A stretch of DNA of 24,000 nt, from the NCBI GenBank assembly GCA_033580815.1, contig JAVQUC010000013.1, positions 2,655 to 26,654 on the forward strand. The letters are read 5' to 3'. Of this stretch, positions 1-8,982 are shown piece after piece; position 1 is the stretch's first letter; every line of letters begins with the position of its first letter. Both the position numbers and the translations under genes were made by a program. The notes below the pieces were generated by a model, which searched no databases, had not been told where the DNA came from, and saw nothing but the letters and a program-made list of their open reading frames with translations. The DNA is from Candidatus Caldarchaeum sp. GTDB lineage: Archaea > Thermoproteota > Nitrososphaeria_A > Caldarchaeales > Caldarchaeaceae.

Positions 1-311
1 ACCGTGTTCATTCAGATAGGAGGCAATAGACAACAAACCAACTGGAAACATAATGAAGAGATAGGTATAATTCGGAACAGTTCTGTCTATCGGCCCTGGC
101 AGGGTTGGCACCTCCCTAAAGTAGGGGAAGCTCGGAGGGTGCACGAGGATTACGTCGTAATGTTTTGCCATACGTCGATAAGTATCTTAGTCATATAAAT
201 AATTACTCCGATAACTCATCGAGGGAATCGTGAGACCTGCTACCAAATCGCTGACTGAATCTAGTCATAGTTACGCACAACCCTTAATAGACTGCGCCAA
301 GATGTTTACTC

Positions 312-1337
312 ATGCGAGCCGCCGTCGCATATAAACCGTTCGACTTGGTTGTGCGGGATGATGTGGAAATTCCCAAACCAGCTCCCCATGAGATCTTAGT
401 CCGCGTGCGTTCAGTAGGTGTTTGCCCCAACGACGTTCGTTTTTACACTGGTGAATCATTGCACAAACAGATACCCTATGGAGAGAATAGTTATGGTCTT
501 CCGGGTCATGAATGGGCTGGAGAAGTGGTTGAAGTCGGCTCTAAAGTCGACGGACTTCAGGTAGGAGATTATGTGGCCCCAGACCATCTCATCCCCTGCA
601 ACAACTGCAGATATTGTCGTCTTGGTTTTACAAACATTTGCGTGAACAAGTCGCACTATCTCCGTGCATACGCCGAATACGCCACCGCCCATGGCTCGTA
701 CTCGTACAAATTTCCCAAAAACATCAAGTTCGATGAGGCTTGTCTCGCAGAGCCGTTATCGACAGTTATCAATGCATCTAGAATCGCCGACATACGAGCC
801 GGTGATATTGTTTTGGTTGTGGGGGCTGGACCCATGGGATTGTTGCATACTATGCTTGCAAAACAGTCGGGAGCGACCGTTATAGTTTCCGAGGTGATAA
901 AGGAGCGAGTCGAGGCCGCAAAAAAATTTGGAGCTGAAGTCGCCGCGGATCCCTCTAGCGACGATTTAGCCAAGTCGATAAAGGAGATGACGGATGGTGT
1001 GGGTGTGGACAAGATTATCGTCAGCATAGGTAACCCTGTAGCTATCGAACAGCACATGAAATACGTCCGTAAAAGAGGGGTCGTCGTCATATTCGGTGGC
1101 GTCGTTCCGCCCAGAAACATCTCCGTAGACCCCAACCAACTCCACTACCACGAAGTGTTTTTAACCGGTTCTTTCGACCACACTGGGGAAGATTTCAGGA
1201 AAGCAGTGAAACTTATATCTCAACGCAAGCTTGCGCTCGACAATTTGATATCTCACCGTTTTCCACTGAATGAGATTGTTCAAGCGTTTGAAACTTCAAA
1301 ATCCAAGAGCGGGCTTAAGGTGGTTGTGAACATTTAA
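312..1337 (+). CDS. Zn-dependent medium-chain alcohol/polyol dehydrogenase (sorbitol/threonine dehydrogenase-like)
   Basis: 341-aa ORF. Catalytic-zinc region GVCPND...GHEWAGEVVEVG, structural-zinc cysteines CNNCRYCRLGFTNIC, Rossmann motif VLVVGAGPMGLL. TATA-like cttaata about 25 bp upstream of ATG 312 suggests a leaderless start. Confidence 0.93.
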   Translation: MRAAVAYKPFDLVVRDDVEIPKPAPHEILVRVRSVGVCPNDVRFYTGESLHKQIPYGENSYGLPGHEWAGEVVEVGSKVDGLQVGDYVAPDHLIPCNNCRYCRLGFTNICVNKSHYLRAYAEYATAHGSYSYKFPKNIKFDEACLAEPLSTVINASRIADIRAGDIVLVVGAGPMGLLHTMLAKQSGATVIVSEVIKERVEAAKKFGAEVAADPSSDDLAKSIKEMTDGVGVDKIIVSIGNPVAIEQHMKYVRKRGVVVIFGGVVPPRNISVDPNQLHYHEVFLTGSFDHTGEDFRKAVKLISQRKLALDNLISHRFPLNEIVQAFETSKSKSGLKVVVNI

Positions 1338-1380
1338 ATTCCCTACATCTTTATATACGGACGCGAGCCGTTTTCGGTTG

Positions 1381-2907
1381 ATGCCCGACAAAGAATATTT
1401 AATAGGTGTTGATATCGGTACGTTGGGCTCCAAGGGAGTTATAATCGATGACGAAGGAAAAATCTTGAGCTCGTATTTCGTTGAACATGGAATTGATGTT
1501 TTGAGGCCTGGATGGGTCGAGCAAGACCCTGAAAGAATATACTGGACAGACTTTAGAACCATAGTTCGAAAACTGATCGCTGAAAGCGGCGTGTCACCTG
1601 GAAAAATCGTAGCCGTAGGTGTTAGCAGTCTTTCGCCAGACGCATGTCCTGTCGATGAGAACGGTAATCCTGTGAGACCAGCTCTTATCTACATGGATAG
1701 AAGGTCTGTGAAAGAATGTCAGATGGTGAGGGAAATTCTAGGAGAAGATTATGTGGTCAAACTTACAGGTAATGCCGTCGACCCATATTTCGCCGGTTAC
1801 AAGATGCTTTGGATCATGCAGAACGAGCCTGAAAACTACAAAAAGACGTGGAAATTCCTTAACGCTTGCAAATACGTTGTCAACAAACTCACCGATGTTG
1901 CATCAGTCGACATTTCAAACGCAGCTTTATCGGGTCCGTTTTACGACGTGTCAAAGAAAGTCTGGTCAGAAACAGTTTGTTCAGCTCTAGGCTTTGACAG
2001 GGAAAAACTTCCAGATGTTTTCGAATTGGGAGATGTTATCGGCGCTGTAACCAAGAGAGGGTCATCTGAAACTTTGCTTCCCGAGGGGGCACCAGTTGTA
2101 TCATGCGCGGTAGATGGCTTGATGTCATTTTACAGTGTGGGTTGTCTTGACCCTGGCGATGCTGTTTTAATGTATGGAACAACAGGTGTTATGGGGATCA
2201 TTTCCGATAAGCCTGTTTGGGATCCTCGTTTTGTGAACACATACTACATAGGCGGCAGAGTCATTCATGCTGTCGCTATGATAGCGACAGGAGCGCTTGT
2301 CCGATGGTTCAGAGATGAGTTTGGAGTTGCTGAAAAAGAGGTTGAGCGACTAGCAAAACTCGACGCCTACAGTTTGCTCGATAGAATGGCCGAAAAAATA
2401 TCGCCAGGAAGTGATGGATTGGTCGTATTGCCCTATTTCATGGGTGAAAGAACACCGATATGGGACCCGCTGGCTCGTGGTGTCGTGATTGGGCTAACTC
2501 TATACCATAGCAGAGCACATGTTTACAGAGCTCTCCTGGAATCAGCCGGCTACGCTCTAAAACAACACATTCTCATCGCCAACCAATTAGGGATATTCAT
2601 AAAACGCATTCTCGCCGTGAACGGGGGCGCCCGGAGTAAGCTATGGCGGCAGATAATCTCGGACATCATTGGTATGCCTCAACTTTACAGTTCAAAGGTT
2701 TCGGGTGCACCATTCGGCGATGCTTTTCTCGCTGGCGTGGCCGTGAAAATCTTTCAAAAACCTGAGGACATAAGAAAACTCGTCGTGATAGATGAAGAAA
2801 CTAAGCCCATAATCGAAAACACAGTTAAGTACGAACGGCTCTACTCAGTGTTTGACGGATTGTACGCGAAGCTGAAGGACGATATGCATGCAGTGGCTAC
2901 TCTCTAA
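1381..2907 (+). CDS. FGGY-family carbohydrate kinase (xylulokinase/glycerol-kinase-like, substrate unknown)
   Basis: N-terminal YLIGVDIGTLGSKGVIID, PGWVEQDPERIYW, YMDRR, and C-terminal AVNGGARSKLWRQIISDIIGMP..GAPFGDAFLAG, all typical of FGGY kinases. The track starts at TTG 1378, but ATG 1381 lies about 27 bp after TATA box tttatatac. Confidence 0.93.
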   Translation: MPDKEYLIGVDIGTLGSKGVIIDDEGKILSSYFVEHGIDVLRPGWVEQDPERIYWTDFRTIVRKLIAESGVSPGKIVAVGVSSLSPDACPVDENGNPVRPALIYMDRRSVKECQMVREILGEDYVVKLTGNAVDPYFAGYKMLWIMQNEPENYKKTWKFLNACKYVVNKLTDVASVDISNAALSGPFYDVSKKVWSETVCSALGFDREKLPDVFELGDVIGAVTKRGSSETLLPEGAPVVSCAVDGLMSFYSVGCLDPGDAVLMYGTTGVMGIISDKPVWDPRFVNTYYIGGRVIHAVAMIATGALVRWFRDEFGVAEKEVERLAKLDAYSLLDRMAEKISPGSDGLVVLPYFMGERTPIWDPLARGVVIGLTLYHSRAHVYRALLESAGYALKQHILIANQLGIFIKRILAVNGGARSKLWRQIISDIIGMPQLYSSKVSGAPFGDAFLAGVAVKIFQKPEDIRKLVVIDEETKPIIENTVKYERLYSVFDGLYAKLKDDMHAVATL

Positions 2908-2910
2908 CGG

Positions 2911-3429
2911 GTGATTGAGCTGACAGAGAACAAAGACCTCGCTAAAGATGCTGAAAAAATTAGTATCGAATGGCAATTCTTGAGGTACTTCAGAACCACG
3001 GGATATCTGGTCGAAATCGATTCCAAAAGAAAGGAAGCTGTCATATTTCTCCCCGACAAAGAATTGATGGTCATAGCCGATGTATCCTCCTACATCAACA
3101 TTGAAAAACTCAAAGCAAATAGAATATATGACATGGTTTTCGCCATCTATCATGCCAGAGCTGGGGAGCGTTTGAGGCAACTAATCATCGACAAGTTAAA
3201 GGAGCCATATCATGAAATCAAGAGCAAATACACGAAAGACTACTATCTATACAAAGTTAACTACTTTGAACAATTTTTCTCAAAAGTCGATACTTTTTAT
3301 CGATTCGAACTTTTGAAAGCCTCTGACTGGTACTATTCAGACCTAATTAAAAAGCGGTTCGAAGATCATGTCCGCAGATCTTACAAAACACCGACAGTTT
3401 TCAAATGGCGGCATTTACTAGGCTACTGA
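2911..3429 (+). CDS. Hypothetical protein, 172 aa, charged and aromatic-rich, no family recognised
   Basis: GTG-start ORF 3 nt after the kinase stop, ending 4 nt before the convergent gene's stop. Packing and length support a real gene. Confidence 0.7.
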   Translation: MIELTENKDLAKDAEKISIEWQFLRYFRTTGYLVEIDSKRKEAVIFLPDKELMVIADVSSYINIEKLKANRIYDMVFAIYHARAGERLRQLIIDKLKEPYHEIKSKYTKDYYLYKVNYFEQFFSKVDTFYRFELLKASDWYYSDLIKKRFEDHVRRSYKTPTVFKWRHLLGY

Positions 3430-3433
3430 GAGT

Positions 3434-4666
3434 TCATCTGAGGATTTTTTGTTGGATTCTCCACAAATCGTATGTTAGATCCTCTTCAACCTCGACGTCG
3501 TCGAAGCTTATCGGTTGGTCCCTTCTAATGGTTCTTTTAACCACCGCCCCTTTGGATAACCCAATCGGAAGCAATCCCTGTTCTTTGGATATCTCCCTTT
3601 TTTCGATTGTACCATATGCGGTGAATCCTCCGATTCCATCCAGTTTTTCACCAACTTGCAAATCACGTTTTGCGACCGCGCATGTGTCGCTGAAATATCC
3701 GCTGGCTTGGATGATGGGCTTCTTTTCGGTAACAGCCTTTACTGCGGTGAGCAAAGTTTCAGAGCCGGGAAGATGATAAGGTCTGTAAAAGACAAAGTAA
3801 GGTCCCTCGCCTACTTTAAGGTATTTCATGTTTTCTAAAATGACTTCATCGTCTGTGGTGGCCACCGCAAAAACACCGGGAGCTATTCCTTGGACATAAT
3901 CGACCACATGCAAACTGTTCAGAATACCTCCGTCATTTTTCAGTCTGAAAATCTGAGAAATTTCGGATAAGGTTGCGACGGGCCCGTGCATTCCTCTGAC
4001 GTCAGGCAGTAGACCCGTCGCATTTGATAGGATGGTCATTTCAACCATGGTTTTTGTTCCATCAACGAAAGACGTTAAAATTTTCGGGCTAAGGTTTTGC
4101 TTGGCACTTGTCTGGGCTAATGTCTCAGGCGTTGCACGATGGTCGAGAGGATTGTTTTTTCCCTTGCCGGCCACTATCACATCCATTCCGATCTGTCGCA
4201 ACGGTTCGTAAAGATAATGCATGACCGTGCCCGGCTCATCGCCCAAGTCACCGGTATAAACTATTCCCGCGGATCTCGAGAGGCTTGTGACAAGAGGACC
4301 GACTAAGGCATCGAATTCAGCGTTAAGCATAACGATGTTTTTTCTTGATTGTATCCCCATTAGTGCAACAAGGGAACCTGTCCTTATATCGCCGGTTGCA
4401 TCTATGATAACGTTGACTTCTTCCATCTGAAAAAGCAATTCAGCTTCAGCCGTAAGAACTATTTCTCCCCTTTCGTGAATTTTTTTTGCTTTTTCAATCG
4501 TGTCGGCTATGCCAAATTTTACGCCGGCTTCACCGAGAACATCACTGCCTCTGGTTAAGTTGATCTCAGCCACTGCAACCAATTCCCTGTTAGTCCTAAC
4601 TATGTGATGTACTATGGTCCTACCCATCTTGCCGAGCCCGACTAGCCCAATCCGTGGTACCTCCAT
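3434..4666 (-). CDS. Homoserine-dehydrogenase-like NAD(P)-dependent oxidoreductase with C-terminal SAF-like domain (COG4091-like)
   Basis: The likely start is the internal ATG giving MEVPRIGLVGLGKMGRTIVHHIV (Rossmann), one base after the upstream ATPase stop. C-terminal DLQVGEKLDGIGGFTAYGTIE...LPIGLSKGAVVKRTIRRDQPISFDDVE resembles SAF domains. The first 59 aa of the track ORF overlap the ABC gene and are probably not translated. Confidence 0.85.
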   Translation of the reverse strand: MEVPRIGLVGLGKMGRTIVHHIVRTNRELVAVAEINLTRGSDVLGEAGVKFGIADTIEKAKKIHERGEIVLTAEAELLFQMEEVNVIIDATGDIRTGSLVALMGIQSRKNIVMLNAEFDALVGPLVTSLSRSAGIVYTGDLGDEPGTVMHYLYEPLRQIGMDVIVAGKGKNNPLDHRATPETLAQTSAKQNLSPKILTSFVDGTKTMVEMTILSNATGLLPDVRGMHGPVATLSEISQIFRLKNDGGILNSLHVVDYVQGIAPGVFAVATTDDEVILENMKYLKVGEGPYFVFYRPYHLPGSETLLTAVKAVTEKKPIIQASGYFSDTCAVAKRDLQVGEKLDGIGGFTAYGTIEKREISKEQGLLPIGLSKGAVVKRTIRRDQPISFDDVEVEEDLTYDLWRIQQKILR

Positions 4667-4667
4667 A

Positions 4668-5735
4668 TCATAACAACCTCTTGCCGGATTCGTCAAAGAA
4701 GTTGAAATTCTCGGTCGGAAGCCGTACCCAAACAGTTTCTCCGATGTTTTGCTCTGTTTCTGAAATTGCTTTAACCAAAATTTTATCACTACGCAAATGC
4801 AATATGTATTTGTCCCTCCCCAAATCTTCTCTGTAGGCGACAACCATCGGAAAGAGGTCGGGTCCTTTTATCGGAGATATTTTCACGTGTTCGGCTCTGA
4901 ACCCGATTCTTAGCTTCATGTTGTTTTCGAAAGGCAGCTTTATCTGAATCCTGAATGAATGAAAGTTAAGTATGCCGTTTTCGTACACGGCTTCAAGGAT
5001 GTTCATTCCGGGAAAGCCGATGAAGAATCCGACAAACTCATGCGATGGCCTGTGATAGATTTCTTCAAAGGTTCCGAATTGCAGCAGTCGCCCGTTTGGA
5101 GACATTACGGCGATTTTTTCTCCAAATGTTAATGCTTCGGTTTGGTCATGTGTAACAAACACCATCGTTCTTTTAAAACGCCGCCCAATTTCAAGCAACA
5201 ATTTCTTGATTTCGTATTTTCTGTCGGGCTCGATGGAACTCATCGGCTCGTCAAGCAAGATTACGTCAGCCTCTCTAATCAGCGCTCTCCCGATCGCCAC
5301 CCGTTGCCTATCTGCTGGCCCGAGCTTTTGAGCCTGCTCTTTCAGCAAATTATCCAACTTCAACAGTGCGGCGATTTCTCTCGCTTTCTTGATTTTCTCC
5401 TCTTTCGATATCTTGATGTTAAGTAACGGGAACAGGAGGTTCTCGAGGACGGTCATCTTGTAAACGACGGGAAACTGGAAAACTATCGCTACGTTTCTTT
5501 TCTCCGGCGGCAATGGAGTGTAGTCTCTTTGGTCAAAGATGACTTTGCCTTTAGTTGGCTTGATCAAGCCTGTGATAATCTTTAGTAGAGTTGATTTGCC
5601 GCAGCCTGATGGTCCGAGAAGAGAATATTGCTTCCCTGACTCAAACAATAAGTCGATATCTCTGACAGCCCAATTTTTTCCCCCATCATATGAGTGGCTG
5701 ATCTGCGAGAGGTGGACTTCGACCATCCACATCAC
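4668..5735 (-). CDS. ABC transporter ATP-binding protein (GlpS/GlpT-like importer family), degenerate signature motif
   Basis: Walker A GPSGCGKST, Walker B VILLDEP, Q-loop VFQ, H-loop VFVTHDQTEAL, TOBE-like C-terminus. Canonical LSGGQ is replaced by LGPADRQ. Start may be GTG 5735 or ATG 5732/5726. Confidence 0.92.
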   Translation of the reverse strand: MMWMVEVHLSQISHSYDGGKNWAVRDIDLLFESGKQYSLLGPSGCGKSTLLKIITGLIKPTKGKVIFDQRDYTPLPPEKRNVAIVFQFPVVYKMTVLENLLFPLLNIKISKEEKIKKAREIAALLKLDNLLKEQAQKLGPADRQRVAIGRALIREADVILLDEPMSSIEPDRKYEIKKLLLEIGRRFKRTMVFVTHDQTEALTFGEKIAVMSPNGRLLQFGTFEEIYHRPSHEFVGFFIGFPGMNILEAVYENGILNFHSFRIQIKLPFENNMKLRIGFRAEHVKISPIKGPDLFPMVVAYREDLGRDKYILHLRSDKILVKAISETEQNIGETVWVRLPTENFNFFDESGKRLL

Positions 5736-6829
5736 CCCCTCAGGTTTTGTATATATAAGCCTTCTTTGGAAAATATCATCAAGTCTGTCAAGTCAACCGT
5801 GCATCTTTTTTTATTTTTGATTTCATGCAGTTTCTCGACTTCAGACAAAATGATGTTAATAACTTGTTGACCACTTCTCGCGACGACGACGATTTCCGAA
5901 CCCATGTTTTCAATGAAGTCTATTTCAATCGGTATTGAAAGTGATTTAGGAGAATTGAGAGCGAATAATTTTACGTCGTGCGGATAAGCTGCCAACAAAT
6001 ACTCCTCCCCATCCTTAAGTGCGTCATATGACGAAACGTCAAGCGATATGTCGGTTCCAACCCGCAAAAATTTACCCGCAGGTCCTTTTTCGCATTTTGC
6101 CGGCAGAATGTTAACCCCTATTGGCGAATAGGAAGAGGCTGCAGTCAAGTCGACCGGGTGACGGAAGCATTCTTTGACCGCTCCGGTTTGGACTATTTTC
6201 CCACCACGCAAGTGAACAAGCGTTTTTCCTAGGGCGGCAGCTTCTTCAGGGTTGGATGTCGAGTATAATACGGTAGCCTTTACCTCGTGGAAAATCCTCT
6301 GCAGCTCAGCCCTCAAGATTTCTCTAACCTTGTAGTCCAAGTTGGTAAGAGGTTCGTCGAATAAGAAAACTTTCGGTTTTTTAACTAAAGCCCGTGCGAT
6401 CGCCGTTCTCTGAGCCTCCCCTCCACTGATTTCATGCGGCTTCTTTTGCAAAATCTGCTTTATTCCAAGAAACTCCGCAACCTCTTCCACCTGCTTTCTT
6501 ATCTCTTGTTCGGGCATATTTTTTACTCTCATCGGTGACGCGATGTTTTCGAAAACGGTCATGTTAGGATACAATGCAAAACTTTGGAAAACCATGCTCA
6601 CGTTTCGCTTTTGCGGAGGCATTAATGTAACGTCTTGGCTGTCAAAATACACCTTACCCTTGTCTGGTTTTTCGGTGCCTGCTATGATTCGAAATAGGGT
6701 AGTCTTTCCCGCGCCGGCCGGCCCCAAAAACACCGTTATATCCTCCGACCTTATTTTGAGGCTGATATTTTCGAGAACAGTTTTCCCGCGGAAAGATTTA
6801 GTTATGTTTTCTAAAACTATTTCGGTCAT
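5732..6829 (-). CDS. ABC transporter ATP-binding protein (MalK/UgpC-like), H-loop His substituted
   Basis: Walker A GPAGAGKTT, signature ISGGEAQR, Walker B VFLFDEP. The region aligned with VTHDQ reads STSNP. Overlaps the next gene by 4 nt. Confidence 0.92.
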   Translation of the reverse strand: MTEIVLENITKSFRGKTVLENISLKIRSEDITVFLGPAGAGKTTLFRIIAGTEKPDKGKVYFDSQDVTLMPPQKRNVSMVFQSFALYPNMTVFENIASPMRVKNMPEQEIRKQVEEVAEFLGIKQILQKKPHEISGGEAQRTAIARALVKKPKVFLFDEPLTNLDYKVREILRAELQRIFHEVKATVLYSTSNPEEAAALGKTLVHLRGGKIVQTGAVKECFRHPVDLTAASSYSPIGVNILPAKCEKGPAGKFLRVGTDISLDVSSYDALKDGEEYLLAAYPHDVKLFALNSPKSLSIPIEIDFIENMGSEIVVVARSGQQVINIILSEVEKLHEIKNKKRCTVDLTDLMIFSKEGLYIQNLRG

Positions 6830-6832
6830 AAA

Positions 6833-7150
6833 TCATCCTCTCCACATAATCAAAAAAACTATAGGAATTCCGACTAAAAGTATGAAATACCATTCTAAAC
6901 CAAGTGCCATAAAGCTCAACATTATTGCGATGAGTGAAACAGCAGAAATAAACACTCTGTCACCTAGAGTCGTCGGTATTCTTAAAATTCCCACTCTAGC
7001 GTTCGATGGCCTTTTTAGACTTAAAACAGCTAAAAAAGTCAAGAAGGAGAAAAAACCGGCGAGAAAAAGAACTAGTTCCGCCTTCCAATACATCCATGGC
7101 ATTAGTGAGTTTAGGAAATTTTCGATTTCGCTCAGCATTGCCCCTACCAT
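6833..7150 (-). CDS. Small integral membrane protein, DUF2160/GlpU-like accessory component of a glycerol-type ABC importer
   Basis: 105-aa protein from the internal ATG (MVGAMLSEIENFLNSL...). Three hydrophobic segments and RVGILRIPTTLGDRVFI, resembling the DUF2160 pattern as recalled. Sits between ATPase and permease genes. The upstream 83 aa of the track ORF overlap the permease gene. Confidence 0.75.
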   Translation of the reverse strand: MVGAMLSEIENFLNSLMPWMYWKAELVLFLAGFFSFLTFLAVLSLKRPSNARVGILRIPTTLGDRVFISAVSLIAIMLSFMALGLEWYFILLVGIPIVFLIMWRG

Positions 7151-7154
7151 ATTG

Positions 7155-7970
7155 TTAGAGCCTCCCCAGGACGAAGCCTCTGACGGCGTATTTTCGAACC
7201 CAGTACAGCAGAACAAGTCCCGGTATGAGAGTGACGAACCCGGCAGCGGCGGCTGGTCCATATTCCACGCCCCAACCAACCTTGCCGAGGGCAGTAAGCA
7301 ACTGCGCCGGCAGAGTCTTTGAGACCACGGAAGATAACACACTCGCGAAAAACATCTCAGTCCATGCGAAAAGCCATGCAAAGAACATTGCCACTCCAAT
7401 GGCTGGTCTCAATAATGGGAGTATTATTTTTCTGAAGAGCCGACCCACGGAATAACCGTCGATGAACGCAGCTTCGTCGATTTCTCTAGGAACTGATGCT
7501 AAGAAGCTAGATATAATCCAAGTCGTAATCGGTATTTCAAAGACCATATACGCTATTATCAGGCCAGCGTGAGTGTCCCACAAGCCAATCCCCCTCCAAA
7601 TCATTAGATAGGGGATGGCGAAAACTACCGGCGGCGCCATTCTATTGGTTAAAAGCCAGAAAAATAAGTGTTTGTCCGCCAAGAACCGGAATCGTGTGAA
7701 CACGTATCCGGCTGGAATGCTAACCGCCAAAGCCAACACCATTGCGAAAAACGATATTATAATTGAGTTTATTATCCCCGCTCGCCAATAACCAAATCCT
7801 CCTGTAACCTCGACCCAATTCGTAAAATCGAAATCCGGAATTATCGCTCCCTCGTTTATTCTAGCTTTAGAGGATGCCGAAACGGAGAAGGTGAAGTATA
7901 TCGGAATGACCATCAAGACGGAAACAAGAGTGAGAAGAAGCAGTTTGAAGGCGGTTGTGATGTGGCTCAC
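7155..7970 (-). CDS. ABC transporter permease (MalG/GlpQ-like)
   Basis: Multiple TM segments, permease EAA-like loop EIDEAAFIDGYSVGRLFRKIILPLLRP, C-terminus RKYAVRGFVLGRL. Confidence 0.92.
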   Translation of the reverse strand: MSHITTAFKLLLLTLVSVLMVIPIYFTFSVSASSKARINEGAIIPDFDFTNWVEVTGGFGYWRAGIINSIIISFFAMVLALAVSIPAGYVFTRFRFLADKHLFFWLLTNRMAPPVVFAIPYLMIWRGIGLWDTHAGLIIAYMVFEIPITTWIISSFLASVPREIDEAAFIDGYSVGRLFRKIILPLLRPAIGVAMFFAWLFAWTEMFFASVLSSVVSKTLPAQLLTALGKVGWGVEYGPAAAAGFVTLIPGLVLLYWVRKYAVRGFVLGRL

Positions 7971-8821
7971 TCGATCAGCCCCCTAAAGCGTGTCAAGCCC
8001 ATTATCATAATCCAGCAAAGAATTATCACGAGGTAAAGGTAGACTAGCGATATCGCGGAAGCGTAGCCGATGTTCCACTGCTCAATCCCTAGAGTTCTAA
8101 TGTACTGTGTGATGAACTCCGTAGACAAACCCGGGCCTCCGCCAGTTAGGATGTAGACTTCGTCAAAAACTTTGAGTGAGTCGATTAACCTCAGTAGTGC
8201 AACGAAGGTTAGCGGGAACAATAATTGTGGGAATTCAGCATACCTGAAGATCTGCCAACGTGTTGCTCCTTCGCTCCTAGCCGACAAAATGTATGCTTCA
8301 TTAAGTCCCGAAAGCGCCGCGAGCGACACGAGGAACGTGAGACCTGTCCAATGCCAAACATCCATGATAATGATCGTGAAAAAGGCGTGTGTTTCGTTTC
8401 CAAATGGGTCATAAGGTCCTAACCCGAACAGGTTTAGCAGTCCGTTGAAGATAATTCCAAAAGGCCCATTGCTCCTGACCATGAGGAGCCACATCATGCC
8501 AATCGTGACCGGTGGAAACAACGGCGGCAGTGTTAGCAGTGCCGCAATGACCGCGTTAAGAATTCCTTGGCCTCGCAACATATATGCTAGACCTAGCCCA
8601 AGAGGGATCTGAATAGCCAGAGTAATCGCCGCGAATAATACGCTTCTTCCGACCGCGTTTAAGAAACGATAATCTTTGAACATCTGAACAAAGTATTCAA
8701 GCCCTTTGAACCTGTTCTCTATGGCGAACGGTGTTTGTAGTGAATAATTTAACAACGCAAATATGGGAAATATCCCGACAAATGCCGTAAGAAGAATAGC
8801 TGGCAAAAGTAATTGTTTCAC
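7967..8821 (-). CDS. ABC transporter permease (MalF/GlpP-like)
   Basis: Multiple TM segments, loop EAYILSARSEGATRWQIFRYAEFPQL. GTG start about 27-30 bp after TATA-like tttatatta on the minus strand. Overlaps the next gene by 4 nt. Confidence 0.92.
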   Translation of the reverse strand: MKQLLLPAILLTAFVGIFPIFALLNYSLQTPFAIENRFKGLEYFVQMFKDYRFLNAVGRSVLFAAITLAIQIPLGLGLAYMLRGQGILNAVIAALLTLPPLFPPVTIGMMWLLMVRSNGPFGIIFNGLLNLFGLGPYDPFGNETHAFFTIIIMDVWHWTGLTFLVSLAALSGLNEAYILSARSEGATRWQIFRYAEFPQLLFPLTFVALLRLIDSLKVFDEVYILTGGGPGLSTEFITQYIRTLGIEQWNIGYASAISLVYLYLVIILCWIMIMGLTRFRGLIE

Positions 8822-8982
8822 AATGCTTAGCTATACGATTTCTATAATATAAACATATTCCACAATTCAAACCTGACCGGTCCTAAGCTCACATGATTTT
8901 GACACAGGACCAACGAGATATGGGTTTGGCGATGGTCATTTTTTCGTAAAAAGGGTTTTCTAAGTTGATGGATGTGAAGAGG

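Noticed and set aside
4-198. 64-aa + strand ORF at left edge
   Set aside because: No recognisable motif; overlaps hairpin-rich noncoding-looking sequence.
656-1135. 159-aa - strand ORF
   Set aside because: Antisense to the dehydrogenase gene, no domain features.
4667-4843. N-terminal extension of the SAF-domain oxidoreductase in the ORF track
   Set aside because: It overlaps the upstream ATPase gene, and the Rossmann fold begins at the internal ATG (4666), one base after the ATPase stop.
6543-7322. 259-aa + strand ORF
   Set aside because: Lies antisense to the ATPase, small membrane protein and permease genes, which have clear family motifs. The translation has no recognisable domain and looks like a shadow ORF.
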